Assembly: GCF_000143415.4 (NCBI RefSeq)
Contig: NW_003314324.1
Location: forward strand, 1 to 64,000
DNA from: Selaginella moellendorffii
Lineage: Eukaryota; Plantae; Lycopodiophyta
Reading direction: 5' to 3'
Length of the DNA stretch: 64,000 nt
The position numbers and the translations under genes are program-made. The notes below the pieces were generated by a model. That model saw nothing but the letters and a program-made list of their open reading frames with translations. It was not told the DNA's origin and searched no databases. This document shows, one piece after another, positions 12,928-25,747 of the stretch; within the stretch, counting starts at the first letter, position 1, and every line of letters starts with the position of its first letter.

Positions 12928-14103
12928 TTAAGATTTGAGCTTCTTATTTGCAGGAGGTTCGAGGTTCTTCTTGGCAGCTTCAATCCATCTCAAGGCACCA
13001 CCCGAGAGCTTGAGATGGCACCAATGCTGCTCATGCTTCAAAATCCACTGGAAGAAAGGACGCAAATCCGAATCCTTCCAAATGCCGTCCTCTGGTGCAT
13101 GAAGATCCTCGAGCACATTCTGGAAATATGCCTCCACAAACACACGCTCGTCGCAGCTGTTTGCCCTGTTTGCCAGATGATCCGGAGCAGCTCCAGCATG
13201 CCAAGCGCAGAAGTAACCATACTCCTTGATGGGACAAACCGGCGCTCCACAGCTTCCACACAGCGTGCTGCAAGTCGTCCTCAATTCGGATCCAGAGGAG
13301 CGCAGCATATTTCCAATTGATGCAGTCTGGACTCCCGTGGCGTGGTTGCCAAAGGCTTGATGCAACTTGGTGAAGAGCATTTTCTTGGCGAAGGCTTCGA
13401 TATCGCCTTGCGACCCCTGTGGGAGCACAGCTCGAGCTTCCATCAACTCCGCCTCCATTGCATCCCTGTAGATGCCCCAGAGACCCTCTGCGCCACCTTC
13501 ACTGTTCTTGCGCAAGAGCTCCGCAGCCGCTCGCACCAACAGCGAGCTCACACCAGGAAAGGAAGTAATGCAGCACGGCGCCTTGTCCACTGGGGAGCAC
13601 GGTAGCAGGAAGTACTGGAACGATCTAAGCAGCTTTGCCTCTTCTGGAACTGCGCCAAAGATCTCCGTGCGTGAAGTCGTGACACGCATCAGCGCAAAGT
13701 CGCAGCCTTCGTCCCTGGATATGGTTTCCAGATTGTAGCGTGGCCTTTCGGCCATAGAGAAGTGCTGTGATCGCACAAAGTCACCGGTTAGGCACCGGGA
13801 AGACAACTTGGCCACACGAGCAGACGTAAGGAGGAAATGTGGGCTGAGCGCCACGCCACTGCCAAACTGAGCCATCACCCCACCATCCACACTGTGGAGC
13901 CGGTGCGTTGCGCGAATGGCCTCCTTGAGTATGGCCCGGTTTCTATACACCGGCCAGCTCGGGCTCTCGGAAGTGGGGACATCACCCTCGGGGAAGATGA
14001 CGGTGCCTGAGTCGCAATGAACACCCAACACTCGAGTGAATTTACCCTTCCGCGATGGATCTGTGTCCTTGACTGCTAAACCTCCTGAAACCTCTTCCGC
14101 CAT
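12928..14103 (-). CDS. Intronless 391-aa protein with a trypsin-like (Trypsin_2/S1-fold) peptidase domain and a non-canonical triad
   Basis: GSGVALSPHFLLTSARV (cf. GSG...LTAAHV), DFALMRV, STLCGSCGAPV (cf. ST.GSSGSPV), WHAG. Clean ATG-to-stop GC-rich ORF with a telo-box (~14128) upstream. Confidence 0.7.
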   Translation of the reverse strand: MAEEVSGGLAVKDTDPSRKGKFTRVLGVHCDSGTVIFPEGDVPTSESPSWPVYRNRAILKEAIRATHRLHSVDGGVMAQFGSGVALSPHFLLTSARVAKLSSRCLTGDFVRSQHFSMAERPRYNLETISRDEGCDFALMRVTTSRTEIFGAVPEEAKLLRSFQYFLLPCSPVDKAPCCITSFPGVSSLLVRAAAELLRKNSEGGAEGLWGIYRDAMEAELMEARAVLPQGSQGDIEAFAKKMLFTKLHQAFGNHATGVQTASIGNMLRSSGSELRTTCSTLCGSCGAPVCPIKEYGYFCAWHAGAAPDHLANRANSCDERVFVEAYFQNVLEDLHAPEDGIWKDSDLRPFFQWILKHEQHWCHLKLSGGALRWIEAAKKNLEPPANKKLKS

Positions 14104-16339
14104 CGCTCGCGCCAGCCCTATTCAGGATTTAGGGTTGGTACTATCACTCCTGAAGATATATTGGTTGCATTTTACCTCAGAAATTAACTTTTTATAAAAA
14201 ACAAGTCAAAATTAATTCTTTAATAGTATTCTAGATTCTAGCCATACCAGTGCAGGCGCGATGGTATGTCCGGATTTGTTCTGGCCGTCGATTGCCACAA
14301 GAATTTCCACATCGTCTCAACACCAAGACCTCCAATGGCCACTCCTCCACAGCCAAGCCCAGCAAACATAGAGAGTAGCGTGGAGGACTAGAGTCCCTCT
14401 TCAATTTCTAGCTGGTGTGAGGGAATGCTACTACTTGAGGAATTGCAGCAGTGCAACTAGGATCTGCAGCTGATAATGCACTCTCTCACTCTCTACTGTG
14501 GAGATCATGAGGCTGGTCTTCAAGAAGTTCTCAGTGGAATAGCAGCGTGGTGGAGAACGTGGCAGATAGTGCAGCTGTGATGGTGGAGAGTTGGACAATA
14601 GTGATCCACTATGCAAGGACCCTAGGATCTGTAATACTCCTTTCCTCCACTGTGCAATAGGCATTTGGTTACAAACATTTTGGGTATTTAGATGTAAATG
14701 TTTTATATGAAAAACTTTGGAAGCATATCCACAAGATTCTTGCCAGTGGGAGCTCCAAGTTTGATCTTCAAGGTCCTGATCATGTTCAGTTGGGGCTGAT
14801 CGTGTTCAGTTGGAAAGGGTGGCTGTTTTTTTTTTCAAAAGAACTTTAATTTCAACCCTAAAATGGAAGCAACAATTCTAACAATTGAATTTTAGCATCT
14901 AGAAAATGATTTTAATGACACTTGATTTGGCATGGTCCCATGTTATTAAGCTCTTCACTTATGCTTTTAGCAAAGGAGCTAAACATTCAAGGTATGCAAA
15001 AATGTATAGTAGTACACCAGAACAAATTAAGGTGCATTTGCTAGAGTTTTTGGGTATGATTTTAAAGTATATAATGCTTTAAGCATTCATCTCTATGTTT
15101 AGAAATAAACTCATTAAATGTTTGTGAAATAAATTGCAAATGTCTCTTTGGCTTTACCTTTTACAGCAAATCTATAGAGCTGGTATTTTGATGATTTTTT
15201 TACTTTTAGTATTTCTACTACTTTCAATGTCTTTATTTTTTTACTTCATAATCAAAAAGAAACTTATGAATTGGTTAGTTATTTTACATTTTCACAGCCA
15301 GTCGATAAGTGGTCAAATTATTGCCATTCAAAAGAGTCCAGATCAATCATGCATGGAGATGACATGTGGTGGCATTTAGTACATGAGTGTGAGGCAAGCC
15401 TCAATGAGGTGGTGTGACAAAAAAATTACAATTGCAATTGAACAAACTCTTATAACCTTAGATTCGAAGATTTTTGAAAAACAACTCAATACAAAAATAG
15501 ATTTGTGAAAAAAATGCAAGAGGTTTTTAAAAAATAATAATGAATTGTTAATAAGGGTCTCAGCCATCCAAAGCTGTCAATGAAAGCTCACCATCTGTAA
15601 ACAGATGGTAAATATGTTGTATTGATGCTCTAAGCACAGCCTTGAACCTAGAAAGCTCCATCAAGCTTGGGAGAGGTTTGCATTGATTATTTTATGGCTT
15701 GCTATTTGTGAGAGAATATAACTTCTGTATAAAAACCATTAGAAAACAAAAAATTAATTATAGTAAAGTAAATAGTAAATTACATAAATTAGATCTCACT
15801 AATTTGACTATAAATGATCAAAATTGCCATTGAAGAAACGTCATTTAAGATCCCTACCTCAGGCTAGAGTGACTTGAAGTGATCAAAGTCTTGTCAAGCA
15901 CTTTACTAGGGCATTATCTCAAAGATCTTCCTTAGAGAATAAAATCACCAGTTTGGGCATATGTAGCTGTGAGAGGTGGAACATGGCATTTGCAAACAAG
16001 TGTAAGATTGATCGAGCCAAGGATCTATTTAATTGCATATATTTTCTCACATTCACAAACAAATCTATTGCTTGATTGATGAGGCACATGTTTTGCACAA
16101 AGCTCTAGCCTGCCAAAGGCAAATGGAATGCCACTCCAACCTCTACTATCTTGTAACACTATTGTTTATAGGTTACTATGAAAACCAGAGAGAATTGCAT
16201 AAAGAGTGATTTTGCTCTATCCAAGTGCCTCAATCTATACACCACAAAAATTGGTGTCCCCAAGGCCATGTACTATTTGGTTTTCTTCTCTAATGCTTAC
16301 AATGCTTTAAACATGAACTCTAAACAGAATATGGTTTAT

Positions 16340-16720
16340 ATTAGATCTAAGTATATATAATTAGCATTTAACCTGATTATAATTTTAAAATATTCTTGGA
16401 TATTCTAAAACATTTTGCTTCATGTTACATGCAGTAATGCTTGGTTTGCTTAATAGTAGTGTTATTCCTATTATTAATCCAATTGATTAAATGGAAGTTT
16501 ATAATTAAAAAAGAAGACTAATATTATTGCATATCAACCATTACATGGTAGAATAAAAAATAATATACTAGAAAGTGTTCATGAAAGTTTATAAACTATA
16601 AACATGTTTATAATCTATAATTGTAAGATTAATCTAAATGAATAACAACTGTTAGATGGTAGAATATCCAAGAATATCAAAGCATATTTTAGGTATATTC
16701 ACTACCATCCCCCTACAGGT
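16340..16720. repeat. AT-rich foldback/MITE-like repeat, same family as 57076-57637
   Basis: Shares TTAATCCAATTGAT.AA...AAGTTTATAA and GATTAATCTAAATGAATAACAA..GTTAGATGGTAGAATATCC blocks with 57.0-57.7 kb, in both orientations. Confidence 0.6.
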
Positions 16721-18154
16721 TTAACTAATAATAAAATTATGTGAAAGAAAGACCTTCCTAATATAGGTATTTGATTAATCGCTAAAATGCTTTAATAAGA
16801 TAAAAGCTCTCATATTGAAATACAATCATGTCCTTAATAGTTCCAGAATGTGGCATTTTGTGTTCTTTGTCAAGTACATGCTCATATCTCCTACATGAGT
16901 GTGGGTCTAGCTAAATAATACACTCAATTAAATTTGTTTAATTAATTATGAACAACAAGCTTTGTGGCTATCCATAGATGAAGTGTTAAATTGGATCTAC
17001 AAGCCCATTGATCACTAGTTTGTATTGCCCAGGACTTTGAAGACGAGGCTCCTACCACTAGATTTCACCCACCCTTAAAAGAATTCTAAACCTAGGAAAT
17101 CTCACTTCCACCAAATGGATGGCAATGCTAGTGCTAGAGTTTGAAGTTTGGATAATTTCCAATTATTATCTTTAAATATGACCATCTCTGCCTGTGTACC
17201 TCTGCTTGCATAATCAATCTCAAAGCCAAGGATTTCTGCCCCAATCCTAGTTGCACCAACAAAGGCATTAGCATCTCTCAAGGCCACCATAGCTCATCAT
17301 GAGATTTATGCCTTCTAATATCCAGCTTTTGCTAATGGTAGCTGCTTGTTAACCTAAGCAGCTGAATTACATATATCTTCTCTAAAAGTAAGAACATAAA
17401 ATTCAAATATGGTGTTCAATAATAGTTTGTATTCTCAAGGTGTTCAATATATTATCATATGATATATGTTTGATATTTCAAAATAAAATTCTCACAAATT
17501 AAAAACCATTAGATTGAAGAATTTTAAATAAATAAAAAATACAGAATAAAAAGCAATTATTTTAAATAAAATTTACCAAGAGTAGAATAAAAACAATAAT
17601 ATTGAATTCATTCAAATTGTGAAGTGGCAAAATCCAAAATATGAAACAAAATATCTTAGATATGGGTACTAACCTGGCTTCAATAATTACACCACTGATC
17701 TTTAAATTTATTATTTTAAATTTAAATTAGTTTATGATTTAATTTTTCTTTCAAAAAATTATTTTAAAATTATCTCATAAATATTTAGATTTGTAATTAT
17801 GTTTAATGTATAATAATTATGACAATCAAAATGTTGGACCAAAAGAGGAGTGTACCTTAGGTGGGTTGCATGGAAGAGAATTAAATTATATGTAAGATAA
17901 ATCAATTTAAAACATGTATCCAAAGGTTATTTTATAACTGTTTTATATGGATGGCTTTGTATACATCAACACCAATGTATGAATTATTCAAGTGCCAGCT
18001 CATAAGAAACTTCATGTCAATGCCATTATAATATATATAAATTTTTAATCATTGCATAAATTGGGAATCCAACTTAGCTTATTAGCATGTGGGATACATT
18101 TTTGCAGCATGGGCTCTCATCCAAACCTTAACATGACCAAGAAAAAAAAGTTGC

Positions 18155-18540
18155 TGTAGCACACTTTATTTCTCTCCCCTTAAGCCATGTGCTCACATGC
18201 AAAAATCAAGCACAATCCATAAAAGTTAAGAGAAACCTTGCTGGAGTGCAAGGTAGTTATCCATGGAATAGTTACATGGATCAGCTATTCCATGTGAGGA
18301 AACTAATCATCCACTCATACCATAATCCCATGGTGGATACCTTCATCCGTGGATACTCCACACAAGAGGAAGGATGTATGTATGGATGCCCAATACATAT
18401 GATTTCAAATTTAGGGGTAAGAATATATCTTGCTCAATGGTATATTATACTTTTAAGTAGCCACTAATCAATAGGAATTGAACCCGTGCCATTTGCTCCG
18501 ATACCAACTGTAATGCATCTTATCTCTCTCCCCTTAAATC
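18155..18540 (-). mobile_element. Small LTR-retroelement remnant (TRIM-like) with tRNA-iMet-type primer-binding site
   Basis: Minus strand TGGTATCGGAGC at 18495-18506, 2 nt from a TG-starting block at 18509 (TGTAATGCATCTTATCTCTCTCCCCTTAA). That block resembles 18155 (TGTAGCACACTTTATTTCTCTCCCCTTAA). Confidence 0.45.
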
Positions 18541-19074
18541 AACTGGAAAAGGGGCAATTGCTTGATGAGAGAGATCTTAGCAGCTATTTTATCCCCATTT
18601 ATCCCCCAAGGTTCTAAAAATCCACGGTGACAGTATATCCAAATCTCATCCCATGATCACATGCGCTACACTTGCTCACCCACAAAATAAACATAAAACT
18701 ATAGAAAGGCATCCTATCAAACAATTGCCATGCCTCCTCCAGATCCCCAACCATAGCTAACAAGATTCTTTATTGGGTTTTTCTCAAACACCCACCTAAG
18801 CTCAAATAACTGCAAATAATGACAATGATGTTTGATACTATTATAATCAAAAGAGTGTTTGTTAACTGGGACTAGTTACATATATAAGATAAAGTTCTTC
18901 CAGCTAAAACACATGTTAACTCTCAAATATTTAATGGTCATTTTATTAATTTTAGTTGAAGCACAAAAAATTTCTGTGTATTTTTTTAATATAATAATAG
19001 GTAATGAAAGAATTGCAATCCAATCACTGTCCAGGACACCATACCATATACAACATCCGGGGACATTGAGGCCT

Positions 19075-19200
19075 GATTGCTGTCCATGATGCTATAGACA
19101 ACGAAACCTACCTGATTTCTAGATGCCCGTTTTGGGCAAATGCTGCAATCAGTCCAGTCCAAGTGATTTCACTCATTTCTGGCATGTGATAAAGCCTTAT
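19075..19200 (-). pseudogene. PPR (PLS-class) gene fragment
   Basis: Translates HMPEMSEITWTGLIAAFAQNGHLE* followed by SIASWTAI, matching the PPR repeat consensus MP.R...SW..LI.A.AQNGH. Confidence 0.7.
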
Positions 19201-19703
19201 CACATCGCAGTAATAAAGTTATTCTACATGACTGGGTTGGATGAGGAGATTGAAGAGGAATTTATGGAGTAGCCGCTGTCCAATATCTGGGAGTGGTTTG
19301 ATCGAGATCGCTAGAGCCCCCCAAACTCTCATCTTAGAGATACCGAAGTTATTGTCCTAAACCATCCAAGCTCAGTTGGTAGAGTGTTAGACTGGACTGA
19401 ACGCCACATGTTGGATCCATGCTCACCACATTATTTTTTATTCGTTGTTAGCTGGTGTGGAGAAGCTTCCTGATCTTTTGAAGAAACATAAAAATGAGGA
19501 AAATATTCTGTCTAGCCGAGGTTGTCCTTTGCAGCCACCAAGCTCACATCTGCAAGTCCACAACTCAAAACGATGAGAGAGACCATGGTTTTATGTTCCT
19601 GGGCCATAACAGGCCCGCGGGCAGCCTGGTGACATATGCGGCAAAGATTGCTCTGGATCTAGTTTTTTCCACGATCCATCCAGCAAGGTGAGCACCATTA
19701 AGG

Positions 19704-19775
19704 GACAGCGACTACAAGTTCAAGTTCCTCCTCAATCTCCTCATCCAGGCTTACAGCAAATGCCGCAGTGTTGGT
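19704..19775 (+). pseudogene. PPR gene fragment
   Basis: DSDYKFKFLLNLLIQAYSKCRSV resembles the PPR S/L-motif FL.NLL.QMY.KCGS. Confidence 0.5.
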
Positions 19776-20479
19776 GTGGGGCGTTTGCATAATCCAGCCC
19801 CCTGTTTGCCCCCATTCCACGTGACTGGATTGTGAAATTAAAACACATCGAAGAGATCACGCACTTGACCAAGATACCCCTTTTGGGCATGTTCCATGAG
19901 ATTAATCAAAACCCCCGCCCCCTGTTTTTCCCAAAAAGGGAGCTAGAATTTGCAAATTCAAGAAGCTGCTCGTTGCATTTATTCTGTGCTTGGGCTGCTG
20001 GAGTGGAGAAAGCTCAAGCAACACTTGGATTTTCATCAAGACCGCCCAGTCAGTAACTACATCAAGGCCATAAATTATGTTGTGTAATAGATATTACAAG
20101 CAGACTTATTTTGGAGTTACATTAACTTGTACAGAGCAAAATTTGGTAATTGTTTAAGAAGAAAATCCTTTTCCATTTATAAATGGAATATCTCTCATAT
20201 TATTAAAAAATTTTATTTCAAAAGATTATTGAATTGAATAAAACTTTAAACATTTTTACTAATAGTTATAATGTTGCTGGAGCATTTATTGGATATATTG
20301 GTCCCTGTAATTGATTCATAATAGCATGAATTATTTTATAAATTAATCAGTAAAATTATTACTATATTTATTCAGAAATATATTATTAATATATAAATTA
20401 AAACATAATAAACTAACCTACTATTTATTGATATTAAATATAATAAAATAACAGGTAAATAATTTTAATATTGAGTACT

Positions 20480-21637
20480 TGGGATTTTAATTTAGACTTA
20501 GCTTTTACATTGTTTAGATCTCACTTTCTTTATAACTTTTTTTATTTCTTTTTTTTATTCATTTTTATAGTAGAGTAGCAATCTCTTCCTCCTTTGCCTT
20601 TAGAGCAATAGTTGATGTAATTGCATGATGTAATGTAGTTGCTATTAAACAATAGTTGATAGAGGCATTCACAGCACATGGTACAACTCCTTTTACTCTT
20701 GCTACCAATCTTAGAGTTCTTTTGTGGGAACCTTGGGAATGATGTGTATCATTAGTTCAATCATTTTATAGTTATTTATCATTCTTGGGATAATGCTCGG
20801 TGTTTGCATGAGTTTCTCACGTGCCTCCAAAGTATGGCATTCTAATGATATAATGGTTTAAATGTAGCCATTCATGTGGATTGGAGCATTCTTCTGGATG
20901 TCTTTAAGCATGCATTTGAATATGTTAATGATTGTGATAATGCCTTCTAACAATTGTATTGTTTTTGTTAAGGGCCATCTAAGTCAATGATATTCACTTC
21001 CGGAGCCTCTTGCTTTATGCAGAGATAAATATGTGGGAGTATATCAAGTTGAGAATGTTATGGCCAACACTTTGTCAAAATCTGATGGGATTTATTCCAA
21101 CCACCCTTGACAATGCTCTTCAATTAGCACAATGTTATGAGATATCATCTCTTTCAATTCTCATTACATGTCCTTCAACTCCACTTCTTATGAGAGATAG
21201 TCATGTTTTGATGGAGGTTTGTGCTACTATTGCTCATGTTCAAAGACAAGGGTGAGTACATTGTCATGGCTGTGATATCCACTACTAACCATGTGACAAG
21301 GTTAGCTACATATATCAGTGTTGTTAATGTTTTTAGATTAGTATCCTCCATTTCCTAAGTGGAGGCTTTGGCATTATTAGTATTGTTACGGTGGAAGGTT
21401 TGGATATTGAGATTCTTCTAAGAAACAAAGAGTCACATCAATAGTGGAATGTTTTTATGTGAATAAGTTAGTGACCCTTTCATCCTTCTTTTGGGAGTAT
21501 CATCAAAAGGTTCACTTGGCATTAATTTATCTAGTGTTCATTTTTTAAATTCAGTTTTAGAACAAAAAGTTTTCTATTATTCTCTATGTGTTGATTGATA
21601 TAGGTTTGAGTTTATCTTTTATTGCTTGGCCTATTAC
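20480..21637 (+). mobile_element. Highly degenerate Ty3/gypsy gag-protease remnant
   Basis: Aligns by eye to the reverse complement of 46350-47415 and to 53660-53845. Includes a VLIDIG protease-like motif near 21590. Confidence 0.6.
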
Positions 21638-21960
21638 TGTTAGGAATCCCCCAATTCTTGCCACATTCCTGACTCTTGCTAGATTCCTGACCTATAGACC
21701 ATATTCCTGACTCTCGAGACACTTCCCTATTCCTGACTCTCTGATTTCCTGTATGATTCCTGAATCTCGAGCCACATTCTTGATGATGATGTGGCACCTC
21801 CTCGACCTTAGTTATATTTAGGCCGTCCTCGATTCAAGAGTGGTGGAGCTTCATCAACCTATAGTATATATTGGTTAGCCTTGTTCCATTTCTCCATAAT
21901 CTGAATCAATGCCAAACTAAAGCCTTTTCTTTGTTTCCACTAGCTTTTCTCTTTGAAGCT
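21638..21960. repeat. LTR-like fragment
   Basis: Begins TGTTAGG at the point where gypsy homology breaks. Has several TTCCTGA(CTC) repeats and a TATA-like TATAGTATATA. Confidence 0.4.
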
Positions 21961-24196
21961 CTATTTCGTTAAAGTGGGATTTATTCAGTAAAATGGGATT
22001 AGGTACAAATTTTCAAGTATTTGAAAATGACGTGAAATTATATGTTTTTTGTCCAGGGGCTAGACATATCTGGGGCATGGTGACTAGCGCGGTGACTTTG
22101 TGTCCAGACTGAGTCCATCTGGTTGTATAATAAATCTCATTGTCAAGGTGAACAAGCCGAATCTGAAGCTAAAGAAGAGCGATGGCATGCGCGCACACAC
22201 TATTTGTTTGTTCATTGAGCGTGTGGTGAGCTTTCCAAGATGAATGTCATTCCTATTAGCCAGACATATAACTTAATGGTGAGAACATTTAGATATTATT
22301 CAATGTTATCTTTTTCTAACGAATCTAATTGTGAAGGTGTAGCAAGAGGCATTGCTAGTCTGGAGAAGTCATTTAACTCATTTGACCCTTAGTGTATTTT
22401 CATGAAACTAAATAACATTCATATTATTAAGGAATTTCTCTAGTACCTTTTTTTTACGACATAGAGGCTTGCATTTCTTTCAAAGGTGATTTAGTAAAAG
22501 GCCTGAGGGCACATGCCATTCTATTTCTCATACCGGTATTAAGATATACTAGTGCAAAGGGAAAAAGGTATTTGGTGATCAAGTAAATGGCATGAGGGCA
22601 CACGCCATTATAAGCCTAAGCGCTAGTGGACACCTCCTTTTTGGTACTCTCAGCGGTACTATCATCCTTCTCCGGGTCAGTTGTTTTGCTTTGGATTGTT
22701 GTCTTTGATGTTACTGGGGCGTTCTCGATAGTTGTTAATATTGCCGTTTGTTCAGAAAAATGATGACCTGGAGTATAGTACGGGGAGTTTGGAAGACTTA
22801 TATATTCTACATCTTCACCTATCTCCTTCTCCGTCTCCTTTTCTGCCTCACTTACAGATTTTGTGCTTGCCATGAGAACGCTCTTCACCCTAAAATATGG
22901 AGTTCGTTGTGTTATAAAAGGAAACCAACACACACGCTGCAAGGGAATGATGGTACATAAAACACGTAAGCCCACAATATGGGTTTATGTGCCATTAATA
23001 TGGGCCACACGCCATATTATTAGATTTATGCACGCGTGATTGGTAAATGCATATGTCACATCATCTTTGTTTTACCTCACACACTATATCAGGCCTAATG
23101 AACCATATCACATGTGCGCACATGCTATATATATGGAGAAGTATTATGCAAGGATAGAAAAATTCAATGCATGATTGTGGAGAGCAATGGCATGAAGCCA
23201 CATGCTAAATAACATTTTAGAGAAAGAATTAAAATAGAAACATGCAAACAGTACTGAGTGGACCAAGACTTAGAAGTGCACAATTGAATGAGGTATTTCT
23301 AATAAATATTTCACTCACCTCATATAGGAATGGCTACCACTCTCAAATGGCGTATCGCCTCATGCCATCACCTCGCAATTTGTTATAACAATCCGATGAA
23401 TTCATATTCGACTTGTTCACCTTGAACTTTAAGTAAGATTTGCTAGAACAACTAAGAATTTATACTTGTTATTTGTATCATCTCACCTAGGAATGACGTA
23501 AGGCCACATGCCATCATGCCTCATCTGATTCAGATTCGGATTGTTCACCTTGAAATAAAATACATTAGAAACTTAGTAAAGGAATATTAATGAATCTCAC
23601 CTTGAACCCGGGTTATGAATGCTCTTGCTGCATCTCTTGCATGGTCTGGCAAGGTGATGGTGGCACTCTGCTTCCGCATCCAACCATGCACAACATTATC
23701 CACCACTATGCTCATGCTGGGATCCCTTGGATTCAGCACCCATCTCTTTTCTAGGCAATCCTTCGTATATCTGGAACTTGGCTTGAACCACTCCACAATT
23801 ACATTGAAGGAGTTAGTTTCCGCATCCTCCTCTGCATCAGTGATGCAGCGCCCCACCCATATCATTTGTTTTTTATTACTGGGTCTGACAAGCACGACCA
23901 TTCCTTTGCAGACCTGTACTGGATTGAATGCTGAATCCGGCTTCTTGTTCCTCGGCCCACAATAGTGATCCTCAACATCGTTATCTGTCACTACATTTCC
24001 AGAGGACATTGTTCCGCTACTATCTGGTGCTCTGGGTTCTGGCCAAAAGGACTCTTCTAATTCTTCATATACAACTGGCCCATTTTGGATAGCAGATATA
24101 ATCTTCTCCCAGTATTCGAGCAAAGGCTTGCACCTCTTAAAATAGGATTCTCCACCAAACACCAACCCCCTCTTCCAGAAGGCAATATGCTGTCTA

Positions 24197-25345
24197 TGTA
24201 AGCCACAAATTTTTCCTTTCCAATTTGCCAGCTTACCTCGCCTATCCGACCAACTCTGCCTTGGCTCGTGCTAAGTTCCCTCGCCAAGGTTCTCGCCTAT
24301 GGTACCAGCTCCTACTTGGTTTCAGCTACTTACTGCACGAGCAACGGAGTGTTAGCCATCCATCTACGGATTCCCAAATCTCTCCCAATCCCCCTCCCCG
24401 GGTTAGACTGGACTTAAGGTTCGGCTACACTCCCCACAGGCACAAGCAGCCAAGCACACCAAGCCTCCAGATTCCTAACACCCCTTGGTACCACAAGACT
24501 TGATCATGGGACCCTCTAAATCCCAAGCCTTGGGTGCAGCACTTGCTTTGGGACGTCGGGGCGAAACACCGTGGCCTAACGGCCCGGTATGGGTACCTCT
24601 ACCCCCCCTCTTCCATCCCGAAGGGAAGGCCCAAGCCCCCGGAAGGGCGAGGACCAATGAGCCACAAGGTACTCAAGTGGGGCACCACTCCACCTGAGCC
24701 GGGAGCACTGCAGTCGGTTTCCCTTTCGGGAGTGGGGGCTGCTCTTGAGCACTTCCTTGGATGGCCCCTCCGGCACCAGCCAAGTCCATGCTCACTCCCA
24801 CCCAAGGCCCCTCGGTCCCAGTCTCAACCTCAAGTCGGTTTGGAAGCCCAACTGGAGAGTCCCTTCAAAACTGATTCCTGGACCTCACTATCCCTACTAT
24901 ACTTTTGGAACCCCCTGCAGCGCCCCCCCCCCTGGGAGACGCACACTTTGGGCTTTCACCCCTTGACCCGTATTAGTATTTGGACTTAGTCTCTAGCTCG
25001 ATCTCGGACCCGATTTCGGATCCGACTTCGGATTCGGTCTCGGACTCGATTTCGGACTCGATCTCGGACCCGATCTCGGACCCGACCTCGGACTCGACCT
25101 CGGACTCGGTCTCGGACCCGATTTCGGATCTCGGACTCCGTCTCGAACTCGGTCTCGAACTCGGACTCGAACTCGGTCCCCGAGTCGGTCTCGGACTCGA
25201 TTCCGGACTCTATCTCGAACTCGGTCCTAAAGTCGGTCTTGGACTCGATCCTCGACTTGGTCCCATCCAATGAACTCTTTGTCATTTCGGTCAAGCTTTT
25301 GGGGATCCTTTACCCTACGACATCTCGGGGAGTCGGTTCCTTACA
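24197..25345 (-). repeat. 3' LTR (1149 bp, TGTAAG...CTTACA termini)
   Basis: Terminal inverted TGTAAG/CTTACA. Abuts the PPT-like GGGTGGTGGAGT (minus strand, 25346-25357). Confidence 0.93.
24997..25264. repeat. CpG-rich hexamer array (CTCGGA/CTCGAT/CCCGA variants) inside LTR; second copy 31239-31506
   Basis: About 45 degenerate 6-bp units visible directly. Confidence 0.9.
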
Positions 25346-25747
25346 ACTCCACCACCCATAGAAGAAGTTCGATGCCCACATCGAACGTCTCGTTTTATCC
25401 TACGACTTGTTGACCATGTCTCCGGGGCATCCCCCCACTTAGCGGTGTGCCTAAGTTAGCCTCCCCGGCCAAGAGCCCATGACAACGGAATATAGGTGTC
25501 CCTATACTCCTCACCTCACCACGCCCTAGTATGGGGTCGGGACTTGAACCCAGTCTTGCTTTACTAGGGGGTTGGGACTCGAACCCAACCTCCGTAGAAT
25601 ACGTCTACGGATTCGACATCCCCGCGGGGAGTCGGGCGTAGTGCCCTACGCCTGGTCGACCTATCCAACCCATGCTAATTAGCTTACCTTTGGCGCGCCT
25701 TCGGGTCCCAACATATGCCACTTGCTCAACTTTGCAAATTGATAATT

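Noticed and set aside
22616-22975. 119-aa minus-strand ORF downstream of the transposase
   Set aside because: Low-complexity with no recognisable domain. It may be a TE exon but this is unsupported.
22182-23514. Palindromic repeats as a CRISPR-like array
   Set aside because: Spacing is highly irregular (tens to thousands of bp), copies are degenerate and there are no cas-like genes. They are better read as dispersed binding sites.
24980-25294. SDPISD / RVRD repeat ORFs (also 31222-31509) and other LTR ORFs
   Set aside because: By-products of the hexamer array and GC-rich LTR, duplicated with the LTR and with no protein-family motifs.
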